Of a DNA stretch of 64,000 nt, positions 36,263 to 45,698 are shown piece after piece (positions within the stretch are counted from its first letter, which is position 1; each line of letters opens with the position of its first letter). The notes beneath the pieces are model-generated. The model saw nothing but the letters and a program-made list of their open reading frames with translations, did not search any database and had not been told where the DNA came from. The stretch lies in assembly GCF_044324785.1 (NCBI RefSeq), contig NZ_CP172127.1; one strand, written 5' to 3'. The position numbers were made by a program, and so were the translations under genes. The DNA is from Escherichia coli (GTDB lineage: Bacteria; Pseudomonadota; Gammaproteobacteria; Enterobacterales; Enterobacteriaceae).

Positions 36263-36359
36263 CGCTGAGACGCGCTTGCATTACTACGGTTATACAATCT
36301 GCTGGAAAGGCCGCGAACCAAACCAGCAACAAATAACCGCCTGATTTTGGCGGTTTTTT
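36263..36359 (+). ncRNA. Candidate sRNA (about 97 nt) divergent from ryfA, with a 17-nt perfect antisense match to the ryfA 5' region; antitoxin-like (TimR-like)
   Basis: Promoter TTGACA (36228-36233), 17-bp spacer, GAGTAT; internal hairpin tgctgg...ccagca; intrinsic terminator aaccgcc tgatttt ggcggtt plus T6 at 36335-36359; 36263-36279 is identical to 36103-36119 on the same strand. Confidence 0.4.
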
Positions 36360-36539
36360 GTTGTTTAAAGAAAGTGAAATTACACGTTTAAGTAATATCT
36401 TTTACCAGTTAGTATATTTTAATATTAAGCGGGATTTGTTTATATTTGTCTGAATTCGGACTGATAAGCCAAATGAATTCAAAATCTATCCTTTTTTATC
36501 TACTTGACATCGTTGATGCATAAAGCGAGTATTGAGTAG

Positions 36540-36626
36540 ACGAGATACACTTGCAGTAATACAACCTGCTGGAAAGGCCGCGAATCAGACCAGCAATAAA
36601 AAAACCGCCAAATTCGGCGGTTTTTT
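36540..36626 (+). ncRNA. Sibling copy of the candidate sRNA (about 87 nt) with degenerate antisense region; its terminator is bidirectional and also serves sseA
   Basis: Same promoter architecture (TTGACA 36504-36509, 17-bp spacer, GAGTAT), same internal hairpin (cctgctggaaaggccgcgaa...cagca), terminator aaaaaaaccgccaaattcggcggtttttt. Confidence 0.35.
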
Positions 36627-36642
36627 ATTGCCTGTAAAAAGC

Positions 36643-37488
36643 TTATTTCAATGGCTCAACCGGTAAATCTGCCCGTGCGCCCCATTCACTCCATGCGCCG
36701 TCGTACAGTTTCACGTTTGGCACATCCAGCGTCGCGAGTGCCAACAAAACCACGGCTGCCGTTACACCAGAACCGCAACTGACGATAATAGGTTTGTCAT
36801 AACTTACGCCGCGACCAAAAAATATCGCATCCAGTTCATCGGTCGTTTTTAGTTCGCCTTCGCGCACCAGTTCCGTCCACGGAACATTCAGTGCTCCGGG
36901 AATATGTCCGCGACGTAAACCTGGGCGAGGTTCATCAACTTCTGCGTTAAAACGTGCAGCCGGGCGGGCATCGATAATTTGCGCCGTATTTTCATGGCTT
37001 GCCAATAACACATCGGTTACTTTCACCACGGCTTCAGGATTAAACGCGGCGTTAAACTCTCCTTCCGGCAGCTCTACTGCGCCTTCTTCTAATAGCAGAT
37101 CATCACGCTGCCAGCCTGCAAGTCCACCACCCAGAATCGACACTTTCTCTACACCAAAGGTGCGCAGCATCCACCATGCTCGTGGGGCTGAGAAAAGATT
37201 ACCTTCGTCATAGACAATCAGGTGCTTATCCTGGTTAACGCCTAATTCACGCATCGCCACGGCGAACGTTTCCGGGCGCGGCAGCATGTGCGGAAGCGGG
37301 GAAGTGTGATCAGAAAGCGCTTCGATATCAAAAAACACTGCGCCGGGAATATGTCCATTCAGATACTCCTGAGCAACGTTACGATCTTCCTGTCCAGGCG
37401 ACGCCATGCGGGCATCGATAATCTGAATTTCCGGGTCATCAATATGTTCGGCGAGCCAGTCGGCTCCTACAAACCATGTCGTGGACAT
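36643..37488 (-). CDS. sseA: 3-mercaptopyruvate sulfurtransferase (tandem rhodanese domains)
   Basis: 281 aa from MSTTWFVGADWL; active-site Cys loop (CGSGVTA); ORF-track upstream extension rejected. Confidence 0.9.
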   Translation of the reverse strand: MSTTWFVGADWLAEHIDDPEIQIIDARMASPGQEDRNVAQEYLNGHIPGAVFFDIEALSDHTSPLPHMLPRPETFAVAMRELGVNQDKHLIVYDEGNLFSAPRAWWMLRTFGVEKVSILGGGLAGWQRDDLLLEEGAVELPEGEFNAAFNPEAVVKVTDVLLASHENTAQIIDARPAARFNAEVDEPRPGLRRGHIPGALNVPWTELVREGELKTTDELDAIFFGRGVSYDKPIIVSCGSGVTAAVVLLALATLDVPNVKLYDGAWSEWGARADLPVEPLK

Positions 37489-37694
37489 AGGCATCTCCAT
37501 TTTTGCCGGGGTTAGGCTAAATTGTCGGATGTTTAGTGAAAGGCGACAAGCAAAAGAGGCTGATTTGGCTGTCTGAGCCACAATTCTCACTAAAATTCGG
37601 ATTGTATGGGCGTGATACTGAATTACATAACGTAAATTCTCACGCATAATAATTATTCGACGTTGCTAACGGGCCATTGTGGCAGGGATGAAAA

Positions 37695-40600
37695 ATGAAA
37701 AAGTTACGCGTAGCCGCCTGCATGCTAATGCTGGCGCTGGCAGGGTGCGACAACAACGATAACGCGCCAACAGCGGTGAAAAAAGATGCGCCTTCTGAAG
37801 TTACTAAAGCGGCCTCTTCAGAAAACGTGAGTTCAGCAAAACTCTCCGCGCCGGAGCGACAAAAACTGGCCCAACAGAGTGCCGGTAAGGCGCTGACATT
37901 GCTGGATCTCTCTGAAGTTCAACTTGATGGCGCAGCCACGCTGGTGCTGACGTTCTCCATCCCTCTCGACCCGGATCAGGATTTCTCACGCGTTATCCAT
38001 GTCGTCGATAAGAAAAGCGGCAAAGTGGATGGTGCCTGGGAGCTGTCAGATAATCTTAAAGAGTTGCGTTTACGCCACCTCGAACCGAAACGTGATTTGA
38101 TCGTCACTATTGGCAAGGAGGTCAAAGCACTCAACAACGCAACCTTCAGTAAAGATTACGAAAAAACTATAACTACCCGCGATATCCAACCCAGCGTCGG
38201 TTTTGCCAGCCGTGGCTCGTTGTTACCTGGTAAAGTTATTGAAGGGCTGCCGGTAATGGCGCTCAACGTTAACAATGTCGATGTTAACTTCTTCCGTGTT
38301 AAGCCAGAATCTCTGCCTGCATTCATTAGCCAATGGGAATACCGCAATTCGCTGGCGAACTGGCAGTCTGACAAACTGCTGCAGATGGCGGATCTGGTCT
38401 ACACCGGACGGTTTGATCTCAATCCTGCGCGTAATACCCGTGAAAAATTATTGCTGCCGCTGGGCGATATCAAACCGCTTCAGCAGGCAGGCGTGTATCT
38501 GGCTGTGATGAATCAGGCTGGACGTTACGATTACAGTAATCCCGCGACGCTGTTTACGTTAAGTGATATCGGCGTTTCAGCTCACCGTTATCACAATCGT
38601 CTGGATATCTTTACCCAAAGTCTGGAAAACGGCGCGGCCCAGCAAGGAATTGAAGTCTCTTTATTAAATGAGAAAGGGCAGACTCTGACTCAGGCAACCA
38701 GTGACGCTCAGGGGCATGTGCAGCTGGAAAATGATAAAAACGCCGCATTATTGCTGGCACGTAAAGACGGTCAGACAACGCTACTCGATTTAAAACTTCC
38801 GGCGCTGGACTTAGCAGAATTTAACATTGCTGGCGCGCCAGGCTATAGCAAACAGTTTTTCATGTTTGGCCCGCGCGATCTTTATCGCCCGGGTGAAACG
38901 GTAATCCTCAATGGTTTGCTGCGTGATGCAGACGGTAAAGCGTTGCCCAATCAACCCATCAAGTTAGACGTGATTAAACCCGATGGGCAGGTACTCAGGA
39001 GCGTCGTTAGTCAGCCGGAAAATGGCCTCTACCACTTTACCTGGCCACTCGATAGCAATGCGGCAACCGGTATGTGGCATATTCGCGCTAACACGGGCGA
39101 TAACCAGTATCGGATGTGGGATTTCCACGTCGAAGATTTTATGCCAGAGCGCATGGCGCTGAATCTGACCGGTGAGAAAACCCCGCTAACGCCGAAAGAT
39201 GAAGTGAAATTCTCCGTGGTGGGGTACTACCTGTATGGTGCGCCTGCTAATGGTAATACTTTGCAAGGGCAACTTTTCCTGCGCCCACTGCGTGAAGCTG
39301 TGTCAGCCTTACCTGGTTTCGAATTCGGCGATATAGCTGCCGAAAATCTTTCCCGCACGCTGGATGAAGTTCAGTTGACGCTGGATGATAAAGGGCGTGG
39401 CGAAGTTTCTACAGAAAGCCAGTGGAAGGAAACGCATTCCCCATTGCAGGTTATTTTCCTGGGTAGTTTGCTGGAATCGGGCGGTCGCCCAGTGACGCGC
39501 CGCGCTGAGCAGGCTATCTGGCCTGCCGATGCATTGCCGGGGATCCGTCCGCAATTCGCCTCGAAATCGGTTTACGATTATCGCACTGACAGCACGGTGA
39601 AACAGCCCATTGTTGATGAAGGCAGTAACGCCGCTTTTGACATCGTTTATAGCGATGCGCAAGGCGTAAAAAAAGCCGTGTCGGGCTTGCAGGTGCGCCT
39701 GATTCGCGAACGCCGCGATTACTACTGGAACTGGTCAGAAGATGAAGGCTGGCAGTCACAGTTTGATCAAAAAGATCTGATTGAAAATGAACAAACTCTG
39801 GATCTTCAGGCGGATGAAACCGGTAAGGTCAGTTTCCCGGTAGAGTGGGGCGCTTATCGTCTGGAAGTCAAAGCGCCGAATGAAGCGGTCAGTAGTGTGC
39901 GTTTCTGGGCTGGCTATAGCTGGCAGGACAACAGCGACGGGAGCGGTGCCGTGCGACCCGACCGTGTCACGCTGAAACTGGATAAAGCCAGTTATCGCCC
40001 TGGCGATACCATTAAGTTGCATATTGCCGCGCCAACGGCGGGTAAAGGTTATGCGATGGTCGAGTCCAATGAAGGGCCGCTGTGGTGGCAAGAGATTGAT
40101 GTTCCGGCTCAAGGGCTGGATCTGACGATTCCGGTCGATAAAACCTGGAATCGTCATGATCTGTATTTAAGTACGCTGGTGGTACGTCCTGGCGATAAAT
40201 CTCGCTCCGCGACGCCAAAACGTGCGGTTGGGGTGTTGCATTTGCCGCTTGGTGATGAAAACCGTCGCCTCGATCTGGCGCTGGAAACCCCCACCCAAAT
40301 GCGCCCCAATCAGCCATTAACCGTGAAAATTAAAGCCAGCAATAAAAACGGTGAGATGCCAAAACAGGTGAATGTGCTGGTGTCTGCCGTTGATAGCGGT
40401 GTGCTGAATATTACTGATTACGTTACCCCCGATCCGTGGCAGGCGTTCTTTGGTCAGAAACGCTATGGTGCAGACATTTACGATATTTACGGTCAGGTCA
40501 TTGAAGGTCAGGGGCGTCTGGCAGCTCTGCGTTTTGGTGGCGATGGTGATGAGCTGAAACGTGGTGGTAAACCGCCGGTCAATCACGTCAATATTGTCGC

Positions 40601-42656
40601 GCAGCAGGCGCTGCCGGTAACGCTCAACGAACAGGGTGAAGGCTCGGTTACACTGCCGATTGGTGATTTTAACGGTGAATTGCGCGTCATGGCGCAAGCC
40701 TGGACGGCAGATGACTTCGGTAGCAACGAAAGCAAAGTGATAGTTGCCGCACCGGTGATTGCTGAACTGAACATGCCGCGCTTTATGGCGAGTGGCGATA
40801 CCTCGCGTCTGACGCTGGATATCACTAATCTTACCGATAAACCGCAAAAACTGAACGTTGCCCTGACCGCCAGTGGTTTGCTTGAACTGGTCAGCGATTC
40901 ACCCGCAGCCGTTGAATTAGCGCCAGGCGTACGTACTACGCTGTTTATCCCGGTGCGAGCATTGCAAGGTTATGGCGATGGAGAAATTCAGGCCACCATT
41001 AGCGGGTTAGCGTTACCGGGTGAAACCGTTGCCGATCAGCATAAGCAGTGGAAAATCGGCGTCCGTCCGGCGTTCCCGGCACAAACGGTTAATTACGGTA
41101 CGACGTTGCAGCCTGGTGAGACATGGGCGATTCCGGCGGATGGATTGCAAAACTTCTCGCCTGTTACGCTGGAAGGGCAATTGTTGTTGAGCGGCAAACC
41201 ACCGCTGAACATCGCACGTTATATCAAAGAGTTAAAAGCGTATCCGTACGGCTGTCTTGAGCAAACCGCCAGCGGCCTGTTCCCGTCACTTTATACCAAC
41301 GCAGCCCAACTGCAGGCGTTGGGCATCAAAGGCGACAGTGATGAGAAACGCCGTGCATCGGTCGATATCGGCATTTCCCGTTTGCTGCAAATGCAACGTG
41401 ATAACGGCGGCTTTGCGCTGTGGGATAAAAACGGTGACGAAGAGTACTGGCTGACGGCTTACGTGATGGATTTCCTGGTCCGCGCAGGTGAGCAGGGTTA
41501 CAGCGTGCCGACGGACGCCATTAACCGGGGAAATGAGCGTCTGCTGCGCTATTTACAAGATCCGGGCATGATGTCGATCCCGTACGCGGATAATCTCAAA
41601 GCCAGTAAATTCGCCGTACAGTCTTACGCTGCGCTGGTGCTGGCCCGTCAGCAAAAAGCTCCACTGGGTGCGCTGCGTGAAATCTGGGAGCATCGTGCAG
41701 ATGCCGCTTCTGGTTTACCGCTGCTGCAACTTGGCGTTGCGCTGAAAACCATGGGTGATGCGACGCGTGGTGAAGAAGCAATTGCGTTGGCGCTGAAAAC
41801 GCCGCGTAATAGTGATGAGCGGATATGGCTGGGTGATTACGGTAGTCCACTGCGCGACAACGCGTTGATGCTCTCCTTGCTGGAAGAAAATAAACTGCTA
41901 CCCGATGAGCAGAACACTTTGCTGAACACGCTTTCGCAGCAGGCATTTGGTGAACGCTGGCTATCGACCCAGGAAAGCAACGCGTTGTTCCTGGCTGCCC
42001 GTACGATTCAGGATTTACCGGGTAAATGGCAGGCGCAAACCTCTTTCTCAGCTGAGCCGCTGACAGGCGAGAAAACGCTAAACAGCAATCTGAATAGCGA
42101 TCAACTTGCCACCTTGCAGGTGACCAACAGTGGCGATCAGCCGTTATGGCTGCGTGTGGATGCCAGCGGTTATCCGCAATCCGCACCTTTACCGGCGAAC
42201 AATGTGCTGCAAATCGAGCGTCATATTCTTGGTACTGATGGTAAGAGCAAATCGCTGGACTCGTTACGTAGCGGCGATCTGGTGCTGGTCTGGTTGCAGG
42301 TAAAAGCCAGTAACAGCGTGCCGGATGCGTTAGTCGTGGATCTGCTGCCTGCGGGTCTGGAACTGGAAAACCAGAATCTGGCGAACGGTAGCGCCAGCCT
42401 GGAGCAAAGTGGTGGCGAAGTGCAGAACTTACTGAACCAGATGCAGCAGGCGAGTATTAAGCACATTGAGTTCCGTGACGATCGCTTTGTGGCGGCGGTT
42501 GCCGTTGATGAATACCAACCGGTAACGCTGGTGTATCTGGCGCGGGCGGTGACGCCGGGAACGTATCAGGTGCCGCAGCCTATGGTGGAATCGATGTATG
42601 TTCCCCAATGGCGGGCGACCGGCGCGGCTGAAGATTTGCTGATTGTCAGACCGTAA
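37695..42656 (+). CDS. yfhM: Bacterial alpha-2-macroglobulin (ECAM) lipoprotein
   Basis: 1653-aa ORF with lipoprotein signal (LALAGC) and thioester motif CLEQ (YPYGCLEQTASG). Confidence 0.9.
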   Translation: MKKLRVAACMLMLALAGCDNNDNAPTAVKKDAPSEVTKAASSENVSSAKLSAPERQKLAQQSAGKALTLLDLSEVQLDGAATLVLTFSIPLDPDQDFSRVIHVVDKKSGKVDGAWELSDNLKELRLRHLEPKRDLIVTIGKEVKALNNATFSKDYEKTITTRDIQPSVGFASRGSLLPGKVIEGLPVMALNVNNVDVNFFRVKPESLPAFISQWEYRNSLANWQSDKLLQMADLVYTGRFDLNPARNTREKLLLPLGDIKPLQQAGVYLAVMNQAGRYDYSNPATLFTLSDIGVSAHRYHNRLDIFTQSLENGAAQQGIEVSLLNEKGQTLTQATSDAQGHVQLENDKNAALLLARKDGQTTLLDLKLPALDLAEFNIAGAPGYSKQFFMFGPRDLYRPGETVILNGLLRDADGKALPNQPIKLDVIKPDGQVLRSVVSQPENGLYHFTWPLDSNAATGMWHIRANTGDNQYRMWDFHVEDFMPERMALNLTGEKTPLTPKDEVKFSVVGYYLYGAPANGNTLQGQLFLRPLREAVSALPGFEFGDIAAENLSRTLDEVQLTLDDKGRGEVSTESQWKETHSPLQVIFLGSLLESGGRPVTRRAEQAIWPADALPGIRPQFASKSVYDYRTDSTVKQPIVDEGSNAAFDIVYSDAQGVKKAVSGLQVRLIRERRDYYWNWSEDEGWQSQFDQKDLIENEQTLDLQADETGKVSFPVEWGAYRLEVKAPNEAVSSVRFWAGYSWQDNSDGSGAVRPDRVTLKLDKASYRPGDTIKLHIAAPTAGKGYAMVESNEGPLWWQEIDVPAQGLDLTIPVDKTWNRHDLYLSTLVVRPGDKSRSATPKRAVGVLHLPLGDENRRLDLALETPTQMRPNQPLTVKIKASNKNGEMPKQVNVLVSAVDSGVLNITDYVTPDPWQAFFGQKRYGADIYDIYGQVIEGQGRLAALRFGGDGDELKRGGKPPVNHVNIVAQQALPVTLNEQGEGSVTLPIGDFNGELRVMAQAWTADDFGSNESKVIVAAPVIAELNMPRFMASGDTSRLTLDITNLTDKPQKLNVALTASGLLELVSDSPAAVELAPGVRTTLFIPVRALQGYGDGEIQATISGLALPGETVADQHKQWKIGVRPAFPAQTVNYGTTLQPGETWAIPADGLQNFSPVTLEGQLLLSGKPPLNIARYIKELKAYPYGCLEQTASGLFPSLYTNAAQLQALGIKGDSDEKRRASVDIGISRLLQMQRDNGGFALWDKNGDEEYWLTAYVMDFLVRAGEQGYSVPTDAINRGNERLLRYLQDPGMMSIPYADNLKASKFAVQSYAALVLARQQKAPLGALREIWEHRADAASGLPLLQLGVALKTMGDATRGEEAIALALKTPRNSDERIWLGDYGSPLRDNALMLSLLEENKLLPDEQNTLLNTLSQQAFGERWLSTQESNALFLAARTIQDLPGKWQAQTSFSAEPLTGEKTLNSNLNSDQLATLQVTNSGDQPLWLRVDASGYPQSAPLPANNVLQIERHILGTDGKSKSLDSLRSGDLVLVWLQVKASNSVPDALVVDLLPAGLELENQNLANGSASLEQSGGEVQNLLNQMQQASIKHIEFRDDRFVAAVAVDEYQPVTLVYLARAVTPGTYQVPQPMVESMYVPQWRATGAAEDLLIVRP

Positions 42657-44969
42657 ATGCCTCGCCAGTTAACAAAACGCGGCTGCTGGATAATGCTGGC
42701 AGCTGCGCCCTTTCTCCTTTTTCTTGCAGCGTGGGGAGCTGATAAACTCTGGCCTCTACCGCTGCATGAAGTCAATCCCGCACGCGTGGTTGTGGCTCAG
42801 GATGGGACGCCGCTCTGGCGCTTTGCCGATGCGGACGGCATCTGGCGTTATCCGGTAACAATCGAAGATGTTTCTCCACGTTACCTTGAAGCGCTGATCA
42901 ATTATGAAGATCGCTGGTTCTGGAAGCATCCGGGGGTGAATCCATTCTCGGTGGCGCGCGCAGCATGGCAAGATCTCACTTCGGGAAGAGTTATTTCCGG
43001 TGGCAGCACGCTCACTATGCAGGTTGCTCGTCTGCTTGATCCTCACCCCAAAACATTTGGCGGCAAAATTCGCCAGCTCTGGCGCGCGTTGCAACTGGAG
43101 TGGCATCTGTCTAAGCGTGAAATTCTGACCTTGTATCTTGACCGCGCCCCGTTTGGCGGTACGTTACAGGGGATCGGTGCGGCAAGCTGGGCTTATCTCG
43201 GGAAGTCGCCTGCAAATTTGAGCTATTCCGAGGCGGCAATGCTGGCGGTTTTGCCGCAAGCGCCCAGCCGACTACGCCCGGATCGCTGGCCGGAACGTGC
43301 CGAAGCCGCGCGTAATAAAGTGCTCGAACGGATGGCTGCGCAAGGTGTGTGGTCCCGTGAGCAGGTAAAAGAATCAAGGGAAGAACCCATCTGGCTGGCA
43401 CCCCGACAAATGCCGCAACTGGCACCGCTGTTTTCGCGCATGATGCTCGGTAAAAGCAAAAGCGACAAAATCGTTACTACGCTGGATGCCGGTCTTCAAC
43501 GACGTCTGGAAGAACTGGCGCAAAACTGGAAAGGACGATTACCACCGCGCAGCTCACTGGCGATGATCGTGGTTGATCATACCGATATGCGTGTTCGCGG
43601 CTGGGTGGGTTCGGTTGATCTCAACGATGATTCACGCTTTGGTCATGTTGATATGGTCAATGCGATCCGATCGCCAGGATCGGTGCTCAAACCGTTTGTT
43701 TATGGTCTGGCGCTGGATGAAGGCTTGATCCACCCGGCATCACTGCTGCAAGACGTTCCCCGGCGTACCGGTGATTACCGACCTGGCAACTTTGACAGCG
43801 GTTTTCATGGCCCGATCAGCATGAGCGAGGCGCTGGTGCGCTCGCTGAATTTACCTGCTGTGCAGGTGCTGGAAGCCTATGGGCCGAAACGGTTTGCTGC
43901 AAAGTTACGCAATGTTGGATTGCCGTTATATTTGCCCAACGGTGCTGCACCGAATCTTTCGCTCATTCTCGGCGGCGCTGGTGCAAAACTGGGGGATATG
44001 GCGGCGGCCTATACCGCGTTTGCTCGCCACGGCAAGGCAGGTAAATTGCGCTTACAGCCTGACGATCCGCTGCTTGAACGGCCTTTAATGTCGTCGGGGG
44101 CGGCGTGGATCATTCGCCGGATTATGGCTGATGAAGCGCAACCCTTGCCGGATGGTGCCTTGCCGCGCGTTGCCCCACTGGCATGGAAAACGGGCACCAG
44201 CTATGGCTATCGTGATGCCTGGGCGATTGGGGTTAACGCTCGCTATGTTATTGGGATCTGGACTGGCAGACCGGACGGCACGCCCGTTGTTGGTCAGTTT
44301 GGCTTTGCCAGTGCCGTACCATTGTTGAATCAGGTCAATAATATCTTACTGTCGCGCAGTGCGAATCTGCCGGAAGACCCGCGCCCGAACTCAGTCACTC
44401 GTGGCGTTATCTGCTGGCCAGGCGGACAGTCTTTGCCGGAAGGTGACGGTAACTGTCGCCGCCGCCTGGCAACCTGGCTGCTGGACGGGAGTCAGCCGCC
44501 AACTCTATTACTGCCGGAGCAGGAAGGCATTAATGGCATTCGTTTCCCCATCTGGCTGGATGAAAACGGTAAACGTGTTGCCGCTGATTGCCCTCAGGCG
44601 CGACAAGAAATGATAAATGTCTGGCCGCTACCGCTGGAACCCTGGTTGCCCGCATCAGAACGCCGCGCTGTGCGCTTACCACCGGCCTCGACAATTTGCC
44701 CGCCATACGGTCACGATGCACAACTCCCACTGCAGCTGACAGGTGTTCGCGATGGCGCGATTATTAAACGTTTACCGGGCGCAGCGGAAGCGACTTTGCC
44801 GTTGCAATCAAGTGGAGGGGCAGGTGAACGCTGGTGGTTTCTGAATGGCGAACCGTTAACTGAACGCGGGCGCAACGTGACCCTGCATTTGATGGATAAA
44901 GGCGATTATCAATTGCTGGTGATGGATGAGGTGGGGCAAATCGCGACAGTGAAATTTGTCATGCAATAG
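42657..44969 (+). CDS. pbpC: Penicillin-binding protein 1C (glycosyltransferase/transpeptidase-fold)
   Basis: 770-aa ORF; transglycosylase motif EDRWFWKHPGVN, SxxK-type motif (SVLKPF); start codon directly abuts the yfhM stop. Confidence 0.9.
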   Translation: MPRQLTKRGCWIMLAAAPFLLFLAAWGADKLWPLPLHEVNPARVVVAQDGTPLWRFADADGIWRYPVTIEDVSPRYLEALINYEDRWFWKHPGVNPFSVARAAWQDLTSGRVISGGSTLTMQVARLLDPHPKTFGGKIRQLWRALQLEWHLSKREILTLYLDRAPFGGTLQGIGAASWAYLGKSPANLSYSEAAMLAVLPQAPSRLRPDRWPERAEAARNKVLERMAAQGVWSREQVKESREEPIWLAPRQMPQLAPLFSRMMLGKSKSDKIVTTLDAGLQRRLEELAQNWKGRLPPRSSLAMIVVDHTDMRVRGWVGSVDLNDDSRFGHVDMVNAIRSPGSVLKPFVYGLALDEGLIHPASLLQDVPRRTGDYRPGNFDSGFHGPISMSEALVRSLNLPAVQVLEAYGPKRFAAKLRNVGLPLYLPNGAAPNLSLILGGAGAKLGDMAAAYTAFARHGKAGKLRLQPDDPLLERPLMSSGAAWIIRRIMADEAQPLPDGALPRVAPLAWKTGTSYGYRDAWAIGVNARYVIGIWTGRPDGTPVVGQFGFASAVPLLNQVNNILLSRSANLPEDPRPNSVTRGVICWPGGQSLPEGDGNCRRRLATWLLDGSQPPTLLLPEQEGINGIRFPIWLDENGKRVAADCPQARQEMINVWPLPLEPWLPASERRAVRLPPASTICPPYGHDAQLPLQLTGVRDGAIIKRLPGAAEATLPLQSSGGAGERWWFLNGEPLTERGRNVTLHLMDKGDYQLLVMDEVGQIATVKFVMQ

Positions 44970-45117
44970 TCTATTTTGTCCCTGATTGTTGCTTAAACTG
45001 GGTTTATTTTAAAAAAATGTTACCTTCATCAATAGTCAACGGCTCTGTTGCTCATTATAATCCGCGCCATCTCGTACGCTGGTACAGACAACAACAGAAC
45101 AATTTACAGAGGTAAAA

Positions 45118-45549
45118 ATGGCTATTGAACGTACTTTTTCCATCATCAAACCGAACGCGGTAGCAAAAAACGTGATTGGTAGTATCTTTGCGCGCTTTGA
45201 AGCTGCAGGGTTCAAAATTGTCGGCACCAAAATGCTGCACCTGACCGTTGAACAGGCTCGTGGCTTTTATGCTGAACACGATGGAAAACCGTTCTTTGAT
45301 GGTCTGGTTGAATTCATGACTTCTGGCCCGATCGTGGTTTCCGTGCTGGAAGGTGAAAATGCTGTTCAGCGTCACCGCGATCTGCTGGGCGCGACCAATC
45401 CGGCAAACGCACTGGCCGGTACTCTGCGTGCTGATTACGCTGACAGCCTGACCGAAAATGGTACCCACGGTTCTGATTCCGTCGAATCTGCCGCTCGCGA
45501 AATCGCTTATTTCTTCGGCGAAGGCGAAGTGTGCCCGCGCACCCGTTAA
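45118..45549 (+). CDS. ndk: Nucleoside diphosphate kinase
   Basis: 143 aa, [15 protein letters not shown], active-site His region NGTHGSDS. Confidence 0.95.
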
Positions 45550-45610
45550 TAATTTCGTAAATGCCGCGTGCAAACGTGGCATCCGTGCGCCAGAATTTGT
45601 ACAATGCAGC

Positions 45611-45651
45611 GCCCCCGGACGAGCAGCCGCTCACCGGGGCGTTTCTTTTTT
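45611..45651 (+). terminator. Probable intrinsic terminator downstream of ndk
   Basis: GC-rich stem gcccccgg...ccggggc followed by gtttcttttttc. Confidence 0.5.
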
Positions 45652-45698
45652 CAACCCTCCAGGGGCCATAACGTGTAATAACGAGGCCGGAATAGCAT

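Noticed and set aside
37489-37647. N-terminal extension of sseA in the ORF track (334 aa versus 281 aa)
   Set aside because: The upstream in-frame codons lack rhodanese sequence; MSTTWFVGADWL is the conventional start and matches the expected length.
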